From: Mobula hypostoma
Lineage: Eukaryota
Length of the DNA: 64,000 bases
Assembly (NCBI RefSeq): GCF_963921235.1
Contig: NC_086108.1
Location: 15,128,001 to 15,192,000 of the forward strand
Direction: 5' to 3'
This document shows positions 1 through 15,000 of the stretch, piece by piece; within the stretch, counting starts at the first letter, position 1, and the number at the start of each line of letters is the position of its first letter. Made by a program: the position numbers and the translations under genes. A model generated the notes under the pieces. That model worked only from the letters and a program-made list of their open reading frames with translations, did no database searches and was not told where the DNA came from.

Positions 1-3000
1 GACTCTGGGCCAGGTTGGGGATGAATAATTGACTCTGGGCCAGGTTGGGGATGAATAGTTGACTCTGGGCCAGGTTGGGGATGAATGGTTGACTCTGGGC
101 CAGGTTGGGGATGAATGGTTGACTCTGGGCCAGGTTTTGGGGATGAATGGTTGACTCTGGGCCAGGTTGGGGATGAATGGTTGACTCTGGGCCAGGTTGG
201 GGATGAATGGTTGACTCTGGGCCAGGTTGGGGATGAATAGTTGACTCTGGGCCAGGTTGGGGATGAATAGTTGACTCTGGGCCAGGTTGGGGATGAATGG
301 TTGACTCTGGGCCAGGTTGGGGATGAATGGTTGACTCTGGGCCAGGTTGGGGATGAATGGTTGACTCTGGACCAGGCTGGGGATGAATGGTTGACTCTGG
401 GCCAGGTTGGGGATGAACGGTTGACTCTGGGCCAGGTTGGGGATGAATGGTTAACTCTGGGCCAGGTTGGGGATGAACGGTTGACTCTGGGCCAGGTTGG
501 GGATGAATGGTTGACTCTGGACCAGGCTGGGGATGAATGGTTGACTCTGGGCCAGACAAGGGTTCGACAATGTCCTCTGGGCCAGGTTGGGGATGAACAC
601 TACCTTCTGGGCTAGGTTGGGGATGAATGGTTGACTCTGGGCCAGGTTGGTAATGAATAATTGACTCTGGGCCTGGTTGGGGATGAATAGTTGACTCTGG
701 GCCAGGTTAGGGATGAATGGTTGACTCTGGGCCAGGTTTTGGGGATGAATGGTTGACTCTGGGCCAGGTTGGGGATGAACAGTTGACTCTGGGCCAGGTT
801 AGGGATGAATGCTTGACTCTGGACCAGGCTGGGGATGAATGGTTGACTCTGGGCCAGACTGGGGTTCAACAATGTCCTCTGGGCCAGGTTGGGGATGAAC
901 ACTACCCTCTGGGCTAGGTTGGGGATGAATAGTTGACTCTGGGCCAGGTTGGGGATGAATGGTTGACTAGGGGCCAGGTTGGGGATGAATTGTTCACTCT
1001 GGCCTAGGTTGGGGATGAATGGTTGACTCTGGGCCAGGTTGGGGATGAATGGTTGACTCTGGGCCAGGTTGGGGATGAATGGTTGACTCTGGGCCAGGTT
1101 GGGGATGAATGGTTGACTCTGGGCCAGGTTGGGGATGAATGGTTGACTCTGGGCCAGGTTGGGGATGAATAGTTGACTCTGGCCCAGGTTGGGGATGAAT
1201 GGTTGACTCTGGGCCAGGTTGGGGATGAATGGTTGACTCGGAGCCAGGTTGGGTATGAATGGTTGACTCTGGACCAGGCTGGGGATGAATGGTTGACTCT
1301 GGGCCAGGTTGGGGATGAATAGTTGACTCTGGGCCAGGTTGGGGATGAATAGTTGACTCTGGCCCAGGTTGGGGATGAATGGTTGACTCTGGGCCAGGTT
1401 GGGGATGAATGGTTGACTCTGGGCCAGGTTGGGGATGAACGGTTGACTCTGGGCCAGGTTGGGGATGAACGGTTGACTCTGGGCCAGGTTGGGGATGAAT
1501 GGTTGACTCTGGGCCAGGTTTGGGGATGAATGGTTGACTCTGGGCCAGGTTGGGGATGAATAGTTGACTCTGGGCCAGGTTGGGGATGAATAGTTGACTC
1601 TGGGCCAGGTTGGGGATGAACACTACCCTCTGGGCTAGGTTGGGGATGAATGGTTGACTCTGGGCCAGGTTGGGGATGAATGGTTGACTCTGGGCCAGGT
1701 TGGGGATGAATAGTTGACTCTGGGCCAGGTTGGGGATGAATGGTTGACTCTGGGCCAGGTTGGGGATGAATGGTTAACTCTGGGCCAGGTTGGGGATAAA
1801 CGGTTGACTCTGGGCCAGGTTGGGGATGAACACTACCTTCTGGGCTAGGTTGGGGATGAATGGTTGACTCTGGGCCAGGTTGGGAATGAATAATTGACTC
1901 TGGGCCAGGTTGGGGATGAATGGTTGACTCTGGGCCAGGTTTTGGGGATGAATGGTTGACTCTGGGCCAGGTTGGGGATGAATGGTTGACTCTGGGCCAG
2001 GTTGGGGATGAATGGTTGACTCTGGGCCAGGTTGGGGATGAATAGTTGACTCTGGGCCAGGTTGGGGATGAATAGTTGACTCTGGGCCAGGTTGGGGATG
2101 AATGGTTGACTCTGGGCCAGGTTGGGGATGAATGGTTGACTCTGGGCCAGGTTGGGGATGAATAGTTGACTCTGGGCTAGGTTGGGGATGAATGGTTGAC
2201 TCTGGACCAGGTTGGGGATGAATGGTTGACTCTGGGCCAGGTTGGGGATGAATAGTTGACTCTGGGCCAGGTTGGGGATGAATGGTTGACTCTGGGCCAG
2301 GTTGGGGATGAATGGTTGACTCTGGGCCAGGTTGGGGATGAATGGTTGACTCTGGGCCAGGTTGGGGATGAATGGTTGACTCTGGGCCAGGTTGGGGATG
2401 AATAGTTGACTCTGGGCCAGGTTGGGGATGAATAGTTGACTCTGGGCCAGGTTGGGGATGAATGGTTGACTCTGGGCCAGGTTGGGGATGAATGGTTGAC
2501 TCTGGGCCAGGTTGGGGATGAATGGTTGACTCTGGACCAGGCTGGGGATGAACGGTTGACTCTGGGCCAGGTTGGGGATGAACGGTTGACTCTGGGCCAG
2601 GTTGGGGATGAATGGTTGACTCTGGGCCAGGTTGGGGATGAATGGTTGACTCTGGGCCAGGTTGGGGATGAATGGTTGACTCTGGGCCAGGTTGGGGATG
2701 AATGGTTGACTCTGAGCCAGGTTGGGGATGAATGGTTGACTCTGGACCAGGCTGGGGATGAATGGTTGACGCTGGGCCAGGTTGGGGATGAACACTACCC
2801 TCTGGGCCAGGTTGGGAATGAATGGTTGATTCTGGACCAGGCTGGGGATGAATGGTTGACTCTGGGCCAGACTAGGGTTCCACAGTGTCCTCTGGGCCAG
2901 GTTGGGGATGAACACTACCTTCTGGGCTAGGTTGGGGATGAATGGTTGACTCTGGGCCAGGTTGGGAATGAATAATTGACTCTGGGCCTGGTTGGGGATG

Positions 3001-6000
3001 AATAGTTGACTCTGGGCCAGGTTAGGGATGAATGGTTGACTCTGGGCCAGGTTTTGGGGATGAATGGTTGACTCTGGGCCAGGTTGGGGATGAATGGTTG
3101 ACTCTGGGCCAGGTTGGGGATGAATAATTGACTCTGGGCCAGGTTAGGGATAAATAGTTGACTCTGGGCCAGGTTGGGGATGAATGGTTGACTCTGGGCC
3201 AGGTTGGGGATGAATGGTTGACTCTGGGCCAGGTTGGGGATGAATGGTTGACTCTGGGCCAGGTTGGGGATGAATAGTTGACTCTGGGCCAGGTTGGGGA
3301 TGAATGGTTGACTCTGGGCCAGGTTGGGGATGAATAGTTGACTCTGGGCCAGGTTGGGGATGAATAGTTGACTCTGGGCCAGGTTGGGGATGAATGGTTG
3401 ACTCTGGGCCAGGTTGGGGATGAATGGTTGACTCTGGACCAGGTTGGGGATGAATGGTTGACTCTGGGCCAGGTCAGGGATGAATAGATGACTCTGGGCC
3501 AGGTTGGGGATGAATAGTTGACTCTGGGCCAGGTTGGGGATGAATAGTTGACTCTGGGCCAGGTTGGGGATGAATGGTTGACTCTGGGCCAGGTTGGGGA
3601 TGAATAGTTGACTCTGGGCCAGGTTGGGGATGAATGGTTGACTCTGGGCCAGGTTGGGGATGAATGGTTGACTCTGGGCCAGGTTGGGGATGAATGGTTG
3701 ACTCTGGGCCAGGTTGGGGATGAATGGTTGACTCTGGGCCAGGTTGGGGATGAATGGTTGACTCTGGGCCAGGTTGGGGATGAATAGTTGACTCTGGGCC
3801 AGGTTGGGGATGAATAGTTGACTCTGGGCCAGGTTGGGGATGAATGGTTGACTCTGGACCAGGTTGGGGATGAATGGTTGACTCTGGGCCAGGTTAGGGA
3901 TGAATAGTTGACTCTGGGCTAGGTTGGGGATGAATAGTTGACTCTGGGCCAGGTTGGGGATGAATAGTTGACTCTGGGCCAGGTTGGGGATGAATGGTTG
4001 ACTCTGGGCCAGGTTGGGGATGAATAGTTGACTCTGGGCCAGGTTGGGGATGAATAGTTGACTCTGGGCTAGGTTGGGGATGAATGGTTGACTCTGGACC
4101 AGGTTGGGGATGAATGGTTGTCTCTGGGCCAGGTTGGGGATGAATGGTTGACTCTGGGCCAGGTTGGGGATGAATGGTTGACTCTGGGCCAGGTTGGGGA
4201 TGAATGGTTGACTCTGGGCCAGGTTGGGGATGAATAGTTGACTCTGGGCCAGGTTGGGGATGAATGGTTGACTCTGGGCCAGGTTGGGGATGAATGGTTG
4301 ACTCGGAGCCAGGTTGGGTATGAATGGTTGACTCTGGACCAGGCTGGGGATGAATGGTTGACTCTGGGCCAGGTTGGGGATGAACGGTTGACTCTGGGCC
4401 AGGTTGGGGATGAATGGTTGACTCTGGGCCAGGTTGGGGATGAACGGTTGACTCTGGGCCAGGTTGGGGATGAATGGTTGACTCTGGACCAGGCTGGGGA
4501 TGAATGGTTGACTCTGGGCCAGACTGGGGTTCGACAATGTCCTCTGGGCCAGGTTGGGGATGAACACTACCTTCTGGGCTAGGTTGGGGATGAATGGTTG
4601 ACTCTGGGCCAGGTTGGGAATGAATAATTGACTCTGGGCCTGGTTGGGGATGAATATTTGACTCTGGGCCAGGTTAGAGATGAATGGTTGACTCTGGGCC
4701 AGGTTTTGGGGATGAATGGTTGACTCTGGGCCAGGTTTTGGGGATGAATGGTTGACTCTGGGCCAGGTTGGGGATGAATAGTTGACTCTGGGCCAGGTTG
4801 GGGATGAATAGTTGACTCTGGGCCAGGTTGGGGATGAATGGTTGACTCTGGGCCAGGTTGGGGATGAATGGTTGACTCGGAGCCAGGTTGGGTATGAATG
4901 GTTGACTCTGGACCAGGCTGGGGATGAATGGTTGACTTTGGGCCAGGTTGGGGATGAACGGTTGACTCTGGGCCAGGTTGGGCATGAATGGTTAACTCTG
5001 GGCCAGGTTGGGGATGAACGGTTGACTCTGGGCCAGGTTGGGGATGAATGGTTGACTCTGGACCAGGCTGGGGATGAATGGTTGACTCTGGGCCAGACGA
5101 GGGTTCGACAATGTCCTCTGGGCCAGGTTGGGGATGAACACTACCTTCTGGGCTAGGTTGGGGATGAATGGTTGACTCTGGGCCAGGTTGGGAATGAATA
5201 ATTGACTCTGGGCCTGGTTGGGGATGAATAGTTGACTCTGGGCCAGGTTAGGGATGAATGGTTGACTCTGGGCCAGGTTTTGGGGATGAATGGTTGACTC
5301 TGGGCCAGGTTGGGGATGAACAGTTGACTCTGGGCCAGGTTAGGGATGAATGCTTGACTCTGGCCCAGGTTAGGGATGAATGGTTGACTCTGGGCCAGGT
5401 TGGGGATGAATGGTTGACTCGGAGCCAGGTTGGGTATGAATGGTTGACTCTGGACCAGGCTGGGGATGAATGGTTGACTCTGGGCCAGGTTGGGGATGAA
5501 CGGTTGACTCTGGGCCAGGTTGGGGATGAATGGTTAACTCTGGGCCAGGTTGGGGATGAACGGTTGACTCTGGGCCAGGTTGGGGATGAATGGTTGACTC
5601 TGGACCAGGCTGGGGATGAATGGTTGACTCTGGGCCAGACAAGGGTTCGACAATGTCCTCTGGGCCAGGATGGGGATGAACACTACCTTCTGGGCTAGGT
5701 TGGGGATGAATGGTTGACTCTGGGCCAGGTTGGGAATGAATAATTGACTCTGGGCCTGGTTGGGGATGAATAGTTGACTCTGGGCCAGGTTGGGGATGAA
5801 TGGTTGACTCTGGGCCAGGTTGGGGATGAATGGTTGACTCTGGGCCAGGTTGGGGATGAATGGTTGACTCTGGGCCAGGTTTTGGGGATGAATGGTTGAC
5901 TCTGGGCCAGGTTGGGGATGAATAGTTGACTCTGGGCCAGGTTGGGGATGAATAGTTGACTCTGGGCCAGGTTGGGGATGAATGGTTGACTCTGGGCCAG

Positions 6001-9000
6001 GTTGGGGATGAATGGTTGACTCTGGGCCAGGTTGGGGATGAATGGTTGACTCTGGGCCAGGCTGGGGATGAATGGTTGACTCTGGGCCAGGTTGGGGATG
6101 AATGGTTGACTCTGGGCCTGGTTGGGGATGAATGGTTGACTCTGGGCCAGGTTGGGGATGAATGGTTGACTCTGGGCCAGGTTGGGGATGAATGGTTGAC
6201 TCTGGACCAGGCTGGGGATGAATGGTTGACTCTGGGCCAGACTAGGGTTCGACAATGTCCTCTGGGCCAGGTTGGGGATGAACACTACCTTCTGGGCTAG
6301 GTTGGGGATGAATGGTTGACTCTGGGCCAGGTTGGGAATGAATAATTGACTCTGGGCCAGGTTGGGGATGAATAGTTGACTCTGGGCCAGGTTGGGGATG
6401 AATGGTTGACTCTGGGCCAGGTTGGGGATGAATGGTTGACTCTGGGCCAGGTTGGGGATGAATAGTTGACTCTGGGCCAGGTTAGGGATGAATGCTTGAC
6501 TCTGGACCAGGCTGGGGATGAATGGTTGACTCTGGGCCAGACTGGGGTTCAACAATGTCCTCTGGGCCAGGTTGGGGATGAACACTACCCTCTGGGCAAG
6601 GTTGGGGATGAATAGTTGACTCTGGGCCAGGTTGGGGATGAATGGTGGACTAGGAGCCAGGTTGGGGATGAATAGTTGACTCTGGGCCAGGTTTGGGGAT
6701 GAATGGTTGACTCTGGGCCAGGTTGGGGATGAATAGTTGACTCTGGGCCAGGTTGGGGATGAATGGTTGACTCTGGGCCAGGTTGGGGATGAATGGTTGA
6801 CTCTGGGCCAGGTTGGGGATGAATGGTTGACTCTGGGCCAGGTTGGGGATGAATAATTGACTCTGGGCCAGGTTGGGGATGAATAGTTGACTCTGGGCCA
6901 GGTTGGGGATGAATGGTTGACTCTGGGCCAGGTTGGGGATGAATGGTTGACTCTGGGCCAGGTTTTGGGGATGAATGGTTGACTCTGGGCCAGGTTGGGG
7001 ATGAATGATTGACTCTGGCCCAGGTTGGGGATGAATGGTTGACTCTGGGCCAGGTTGGGGATGAATAGTTGACTCTGGGCCAGGTTGGGGATGAATAGTT
7101 GACTCTGGGCCAGGTTGCGGATGAATGGTTGACTCTGGGCCAGGTTGGGGATGAATGGTTGACTCTGGACCAGGTTGGGGATGAATGGTTGACTCTGGGC
7201 CAGGTTGGGGATGAATAGATGACTCTGGGCCAGGTTGGGGATGAATAGTTGACTCTGGGCCAGGTTGGGGATGAATAGTTGACTCTGGGCCAGGTTGGGG
7301 ATGAATGGTTGACTCTGGGCCAGGTTGGGGATGAATAGTTGACTCTGGGCCAGGTTGGGGATGAATAGTTGACTCTGGGCCAGGTTGGGGATGAATGGTT
7401 GACTCTGGGCCAGGTTGGGGATGAATGGTTGACTCTGGGCCAGGTTGGGGATGAATGGTTGACTCTGGGCCAGGTTGGGGATGAATGGTTGACTCTGGGC
7501 CAGGTTGGGGATGAATGGTTGACTCTGGGCCAGGTTGGGGATGAATAGTTGACTCTGGGCCAGGTTGGGGATGAATGGTTGACTCTGGACCAGGTTGGGG
7601 ATGAATGGTTGACTCTGGGCCAGGTTGGGGATGAATGGTTGACTCTGGGCCAGGTTGGGGATGAATGGTTGACTCTGGGCCAGGTTGGGGATGAATGGTT
7701 AACTCTGGGCCAGGTTGGGGATGAACGGTTGACTCTGGGCCAGGTTGGGGATGAATGGTTGACTCTGGACCAGGCTGGGGATGAATGGTTGACTCTGGGC
7801 CAGACTGGGGTTCGACAATGTCCTCTGGGCCAGGTTGGGGATGAACACTACCTTCTGGGCTAGGTTGGGGATGAATGGTTGACTCTGGGCCAGGTTGGGA
7901 ATGAATAATTGACTCTGGGCCAGGTTGGGGATGAATAGTTGACTCTGGGCCAGGTTGGGGATGAATGGTTGACTCTGGGCCAGGTTTTGGGGATGAATGG
8001 TTGACTCTGGGCCAGGTTGGGGATGAATGGTTGACTCTGGGCCAGGTTGGGGATGAATAGTTGACTCTGGGCCAGGTTGGGGATGAATAGTTGACTCTGG
8101 GCCAGGTTGGGGATGAATGGTTGACTCTGGGCCAGGTTGGGGATGAATGGTTGACTCTGGGCCAGGTTGGGGATGAATGGTTGACTCTGGACCAGGCTGG
8201 GGATGAATGGTTGACTCTGGGCCAGGTTGGGGATGAATGGTTGACTCTGGGCCAGGTTGGGGATGAATTGTTGACTCTGGGCCAGGTTGGGGATGAATGG
8301 TTGACTCTGGGCCAGGTTGGGGATGAATGGTTGACTCTGGACCAGGCTGGGGATGAATGGTTGACTCTGGGCCAGACGAGGGTTCGACAATGTCCTCTGG
8401 GCCAGGTTGGGGATGAACACTACCTTCTGGGCTAGGTTGGGGATGAATGGTTGACTCTGGGCCAGGTTGGGGATGAATAATTGACTCTGGGCCAGGTTGG
8501 GGATGAATAGTTGACTCTGGGCCAGGTTGGGGATGAATGGTTGACTCTGGGCCAGGTTGGGGATGAATGGTTGACTCTGGGCCAGGTTGGGGATGAATAG
8601 TTGACTCTGGGCCAGGTTGGGGATGAATGCTTGACTCTGGCCCAGGTTAGGGATGAATGGTTGACTCTGGGCCAGGTTGGGGATGAATGGTTGACTCGGA
8701 GCCAGGTTGGGTATGAATGGTTGACTCTGGACCAGGCTGGGGATGAATGGTTGACTCTGGGCCAGGTTGGGGATGAATGGTTGACTCTGGGCCAGGTTGG
8801 GGATGAATGGTTAACTCTGGGCCAGGTTGGGGATGAACGGTTGACTCTGGGCCAGGTTGGGGATGAATGGTTGACTCTGGACCAGGCTGGGGATGAATGG
8901 TTGACTCTGGGCCAGACAAGGGTTCGACAATGTCCTCTGGGCCAGGATGGGGATGAACACTACCTTCTGGGCTAGGTTGGGGATGAATGGTTGACTCTGG

Positions 9001-12000
9001 GCCAGGTTGGGGATGAATAATTGACTCTGGGCCTGGTTGGGGATGAATAGTTGACTCTGGGCCAGGTTGGGGATGAATGGTTGACTCTGGGCCAGGTTTT
9101 GGGGATGAATGGTTGACTCTGGGCCAGGTTGGGGATGAATGGTTGACTCTGGGCCAGGTTGGGGATGAATGGTTGACTCTGGGCCAGGTTGGGGATGAAT
9201 AGTTGACTCTGGGCCAGGTTGGGGATGAATAGTTGACTCTGGGCCAGGTTGGGGATGAATGGTTGACTCTGGGCCAGGTTGGGGATGAATGGTTGACTCT
9301 GGGCCAGGTTGGGGATGAATGGTTGACTCTGGACCAGGCTGGGGATGAATGGTTGACTCTGGGCCAGGTTGGGGATGAATGGTTGACTCTGGGCCAGGTT
9401 GGGGATGAATGGTTGACTCTGGGCCAGGTTGGGGATGAATGGTTGACTCTGGGCCAGGTTGGGGATGAATGGTTGACTCTGGACCAGGCTGGGGATGAAT
9501 GGTTGACTCTGGGCCAGACTAGGGTTCGACAATGTCCTCTGGGCCAGGTTGGGGATGAACACTACCTTCTGGGCTAGGTAGGGGATGAATGGTTGACTCT
9601 GGGCCAGGTTGGGAATGAATAATTGACTCTGGGCCTAGTTGGGGATGAATAGTTGACTCTAGGCCAGGTTAGGGATGAATGGTTGACTCTGGGCCAGGTT
9701 TTGGGGATGAATGGTTCACTCTGGGCCAGGTTGGGGATGAACAGTTGACTCTGGGCCAGGTTAGGGATGAATGCTTGACTCTGGACCAGGCTGGGGATGA
9801 ATGGTTGACTCTGGGCCAGACTGGGGTTCAACAATGTCCTCTGGGCCAGGTTGGGGATGAACACTACCCTCTGGGCAAGGTTGGGGATGAATAGTTGACT
9901 CTGGGCCAGGTTGGGGATGAATGGTTGACTAGGGGCCAGGTTGGGGATGAATTGTTGACTCTGGGCCAGGTTTGGGGATGAATGGTTGACTCTGGGCCAG
10001 GTTGGGGATGAATAGTTGACTCTGGGCCAGGTTGGGGATGAATGGTTGACTCTGGGCCAGGTTTTGGGGATGAATGGTTGACTCTGGGCCAGGTTGGGGA
10101 TGAATGGTTGACTCTGGGCCAGGTTGGGGATGAATAATTGACTCTGGGCCAGGTTAGGGATAAATAGTTGACTCTGGGCCAGGTTGGGGATGAATGGTTG
10201 ACTCTGGGCCAGGTTGGGGATGAATGGTTGACTCTGGGCCAGGTTGGGGATGAATGGTTGACTCTGGGCCAGGTTGGGGATGAATGGTTGACTCTGGGCC
10301 AGGTTGGGGATGAATGGTTGACTCTGGGCCAGGTTGGGGATGAATAGTTGACTCTGGGCCAGGTTGGGGATGAATAGTTGACTCTGGGCCAGGTTGGGGA
10401 TGAATGGTTGACTCTGGGCCAGGTTGGGGATGAATGGTTGACTCTGGACCAGGTTGGGGATGAATGGTTGACTCTGGGCCAGGTTAGGGATGAATAGTTG
10501 ACTCTGGGCTAGGTTGGGGATGAATAGTTGACTCTGGGCCAGGTTGGGGATGAATAGTTGACTCTGGGCCAGGTTGGGGATGAATGGTTGACTCTGGGCC
10601 AGGTTGGGGATGAATAGTTGACTCTGGGCCAGGTTGGGGATGAATGGTTGACTCTGGGCCAGGTTGGGGATGAATGGTTGACTCTGGGCCAGGTTGGGGA
10701 TGAATGGTTGACTCTGGGCCAGGTTGGGGATGAATGGTTGACTCTGGGCCAGGTTGGGGATGAATGGTTGACTCTGGGCCAGGTTGGGGATGAATAGTTG
10801 ACTCTGGGCCAGGTTGGGGATGAATAGTTGACTCTGGGCCAGGTTGGGGATGAATACTTGACTCTGGGCCAGGTTGGGGATGAATGGTTGAATCTGGACC
10901 AGGTTGGGGATGAATGGTTGACTCTGGGCCAGGTTAGGGATGAATAGTTGACTCTGGGCCAGGTTGGGGATGAATAGTTGACTCTGGGCCAGGTTGGGGA
11001 TGAATTGTTGACTCTGGGCCAGGTTGGGGATGAATGGTTGACTCTGGGCCAGGTTGGGGATGAATAGTTGACTCTGGGCCAGGTTGGGGATGAATAGTTG
11101 ACTCTGGGCCAGGTTGGGGATGAATGGTTGACTCTGGGCCAGGTTGGGGATGAATGGTTGACTCTGGGCCAGGTTGGGGATGAATGGTTGACTCTGGGCC
11201 AGGTTGGGGATGAATGGTTGACTCTGGGCCAGGTTGGGGATGAATGGTTGACTCTGGGCCAGGTTGGGGATGAATAGTTGACTCTGGGCCAGGTTGGGGA
11301 TGAATGGTTGACTCTGGGCCTGGTTGGGGATGAATGGTTGACTCTGGGCCAGGTTGGGGATGAATGGTTGACTCTGGGCCAGGTTGGGGATGAATAATTG
11401 ACTCTGGGCCAGGTTAGGGATAAATAGTTGACTCTGGGCCAGGTTGGGGATGAATGGTTGACTCTGGGCCAGGTTGGGGATGAATGGTTGACTCTGGGCC
11501 AGGTTTTGGGGATGAATGGTTGACTCTGGGCCAGGTTGGGGATGAATGGTTGACTCTGGCCCAGGTTGGTGATGAATGGTTGACTCTGGGCCAGGTTGGG
11601 GATGAATAGTTGACTCTGGGCCAGGTTGGGGATGAATAGTTGACTCTGGGCCAGGTTGGGGATGAATGGTTGACTCTGGGCCAGGTTGGGGATGAATGGT
11701 TGACTCTGGGCCAGGTTAGGGATGAATAGTTGACTCTGGGCTAGGTTGGGGATGAATAGTTGACTCTGGGCCAGGTTGGGGATGAATGGTTGACTCTGGG
11801 CCAGGTTGGGGATGAATAGTTGACTCTGGGCCAGGTTGGGGATGAATAGTTGACTCTGGGCCAGGTTGGGGATGAATGGTTGACTCTGGACCAGGTTGGG
11901 GATGAATGGTTGACTCTGGGCCAGGTTGGGGATGAATGGTTGACTCTGGGCCAGGTTGGGGATGAATGGTTGACTCTGGGCCAGGTTGGGGATGAATGGT

Positions 12001-15000
12001 TGACTCTGGGCCAGGTTGGGGATGAATAGTTGACTCTGGGCCAGGTTGGGGATGAATGGTTGACTCTGGGCCAGGTTGGGGATGAATGGTTGACTCTGGG
12101 CCAGGTTGGGGATGAATGGTTGACTCTGGACCAGGCTGGGGATGAATGGTTGACTCTGGGCCAGGTTGGGGATGAACGGTTGACTCTGGGCCAGGTTGGG
12201 GATGAATGGTTGACTCTGGGCCAGGTTGGGGATGAACGGTTGACTCTGGGCCAGGTTGGGGATGAATGGTTGACTCTGGACCAGGCTGGGGATGAATGGT
12301 TGACTCTGGGCCAAACTGGGGTTCGACAATGTCCTCTGGGCCAGGTTGGGGATGAACACTACCTTCTGGGCTAGGTTGGGGATGAATGGTTGACTCTGGG
12401 CCAGGTTGGGGATGAATGGTTGACTCTGGGCCAGGTTGGGGATGAATGGTTGACTCTGGGCCAGGTTTTGGGGATGAATGGTTGACTCTGGGCCAGGTTA
12501 GGGATGAATGCTTGACTCTGGACCAGGCTGGGGATAAATGGTTGACTCTGGGCCAGACTGGGGTTCAACAATGTCCTCTGGGCCAGGTTGGGGATGAACA
12601 CTACCCTCTGGGCTAGGTTGGGGATGAATAGTTGACTCTGGGCCAGGTTGGGGATGAATGGTTGACTCGGGGCCAGGTTGGGGATGAATAGTTGACTCTG
12701 GGCCAGGTTGGGGATGAATAATTGACTCTGGGCCTGTTTGGGGATGAATGGTTGACTCTGGGCCAGGTTGGGGATGAATAATTGACTCTGGGCCAGGTTG
12801 GGGATGAATAGTTGACTCTGGGCCAGGTTGGGGATGAATGGTTGACTCGGGGCCAGGTTGGGGATGAATAGTTGACTCTGGGCCAGGTTGGGGATGAATA
12901 ATTGACTCTGGGCCTGTTTGGGGATGAATGGTTGACTCTCGGCCAGGTTGGGGATGAATAATTAACTCTGGGCCAAGTTGGGGATGAATAGTTGACTCTG
13001 GGCCAGGTTGGGGATGAATGGTTGACTCTGGGCCAGGTTGGGGATGAATAGTTGACTCTGGGCCAGGTTGGGGATGAATAGTTGACTCTGGGCCAGGCTG
13101 GGGATGAATAGTTGACTCTGGGCCTGGTTGGGGATGAATGGTTGACTCTGGGCCAGGTTGGGGATGAATAATTAACTCTGGGCCAGGTTGGGGATGAATA
13201 GTTGACTCTGGGCCAGGTTGGGGATGAATGGTTGACTCTTGGCCAGGTTGGGGATGAATGGTTGACTAGGGGCCAGGTTGGGGATGAATTGTTGACTCTG
13301 GGCCAGGTTTGGGAATGAATGGTTGACTCTGGGCCAGGTTTGGGGATGAATGGTTGACTCTGGGCCAGGTTGGGGATGAATACTTGACTCTGGGCCAGGT
13401 TGGGGATGAATAGTTGACTCTGGGCCTGGTTGGGGATGAATGGTTGACTCTCGGCCAGGTTGCGGATGAATGGTTGACTCTGGGCCAGGTTGGGGATGAA
13501 TGGTTAACTCTGGGCCAGGTTGGGGATGAACGGTTGACTCTGGGCCAGGTTGGGGATGAATGGTTGACTCTGGACCAGGCTGGGGATGAATGGTTGACTC
13601 TGGGCCAGACTGGGGTTCGACAATGTCCTCTGGGCCAGGTTGGGGATGAACACTACCTTCTGGGCTAGGTTGGGGATGAATGGTTGACTCTGAGCCAGGT
13701 TGGGGATGAATGGTTGACTCTGGGCCAGGTTGGGGATGAATGGTTGACTCTGGGCCAGGTTGGGGATGAATGGTTGACTCTGGGCCAGGTTTTGGGGATG
13801 AATGGTTGACTCTGGGCCAGGTTGGGGATGAATAGTTGACTCTGGGCCAGGTTGGGGATGAATGGTTGACTCTGGGCCAGGTTGGGGATGAACGGTTGAC
13901 TCTGGGCCAGGTTGGGGATGAACGGTTGACTCTGGACCAGGCTGGGGATGAATGGTTGACTCTGGGCCAAACTGGGGTTCGACAATGTCCTCTGGGCGAG
14001 GTTGGGGATGAACACTACCTTCTGGGCTAGGTTGGGGATGAATGGTTGACTCTGGGCCAGGTTTGGAATGAATAATTGACTCTGAGCCTGGTTGGGGATG
14101 AATAGTTGACTCTGGGCCTGGTTGGGGATGAATAGTTGACTCTGGGCCTGGTTGGGGATGAATAGTTGACTCTGGGCCAGGTTGGGGATGAATGGTTGAC
14201 TCTGGGCCAGGTTGGGGATGAATAGTTGACTCTGGGCCTGGTTGGGGATGAATGGTTGACTCTGGGCCAGGTTGGGGATGAATAATTAACTCTGGGCCAG
14301 GTTGGGGATGAATACTTGACTCTGGGCCAGGTTGGGGATGAACACTACCCTCTGGGCTAGGTTGGGGATGAATGGTTGACTCTGGGCCAGGTTGGGGATG
14401 AATGGTTGACTCTGGGCCAGGTTGAGGATGAATAGTTGACTCTGGGCCAGGTTGGGGATGAATGGTTGAATCTGGGCCAGGTTTTGGGGATGAATGGTTG
14501 ACTCTGGGCCAGGTTGGGGATGAGTGGTTGACTCTGGGCCAGGTTGGGGATAAATAGTTGACTCTGGCCCAGGGTTGGGGATGAATGGTTGACTCTGGGC
14601 CAGGTTGGGGATGAATAGTTGACTCTGGGCCAGGTTGGGGATGAACGGTTGACTCTGGGCCAGGTTGGGGATGAATGGTTGACTCTGGACCAGGCTGGGG
14701 ATGAATGGTTGACTCTGGGCCAGACTGGGGTTCGACAATGTCCTCTGGGCCAGGTTGGGGATGAACACTACCTTCTGGGCTAGGTTGGGGATGAATGGTT
14801 GACTCTGAGCCAGGTTGGGGATGAATAGTTGACTCTGGGCCAGGTTGGGGATGAATGGTTAACTCTGGGCCAGGTTTTGGGGATGAATGGTTGACTCTGG
14901 GCCAGGTTGGGGATGAATGGTTGACTCTGGGCCAGGTTGGGGATAAATAGTTGACTCTGGGCCAGGTTGGGGATGAATGGTTAACTCTGGGCCAGGTTGG

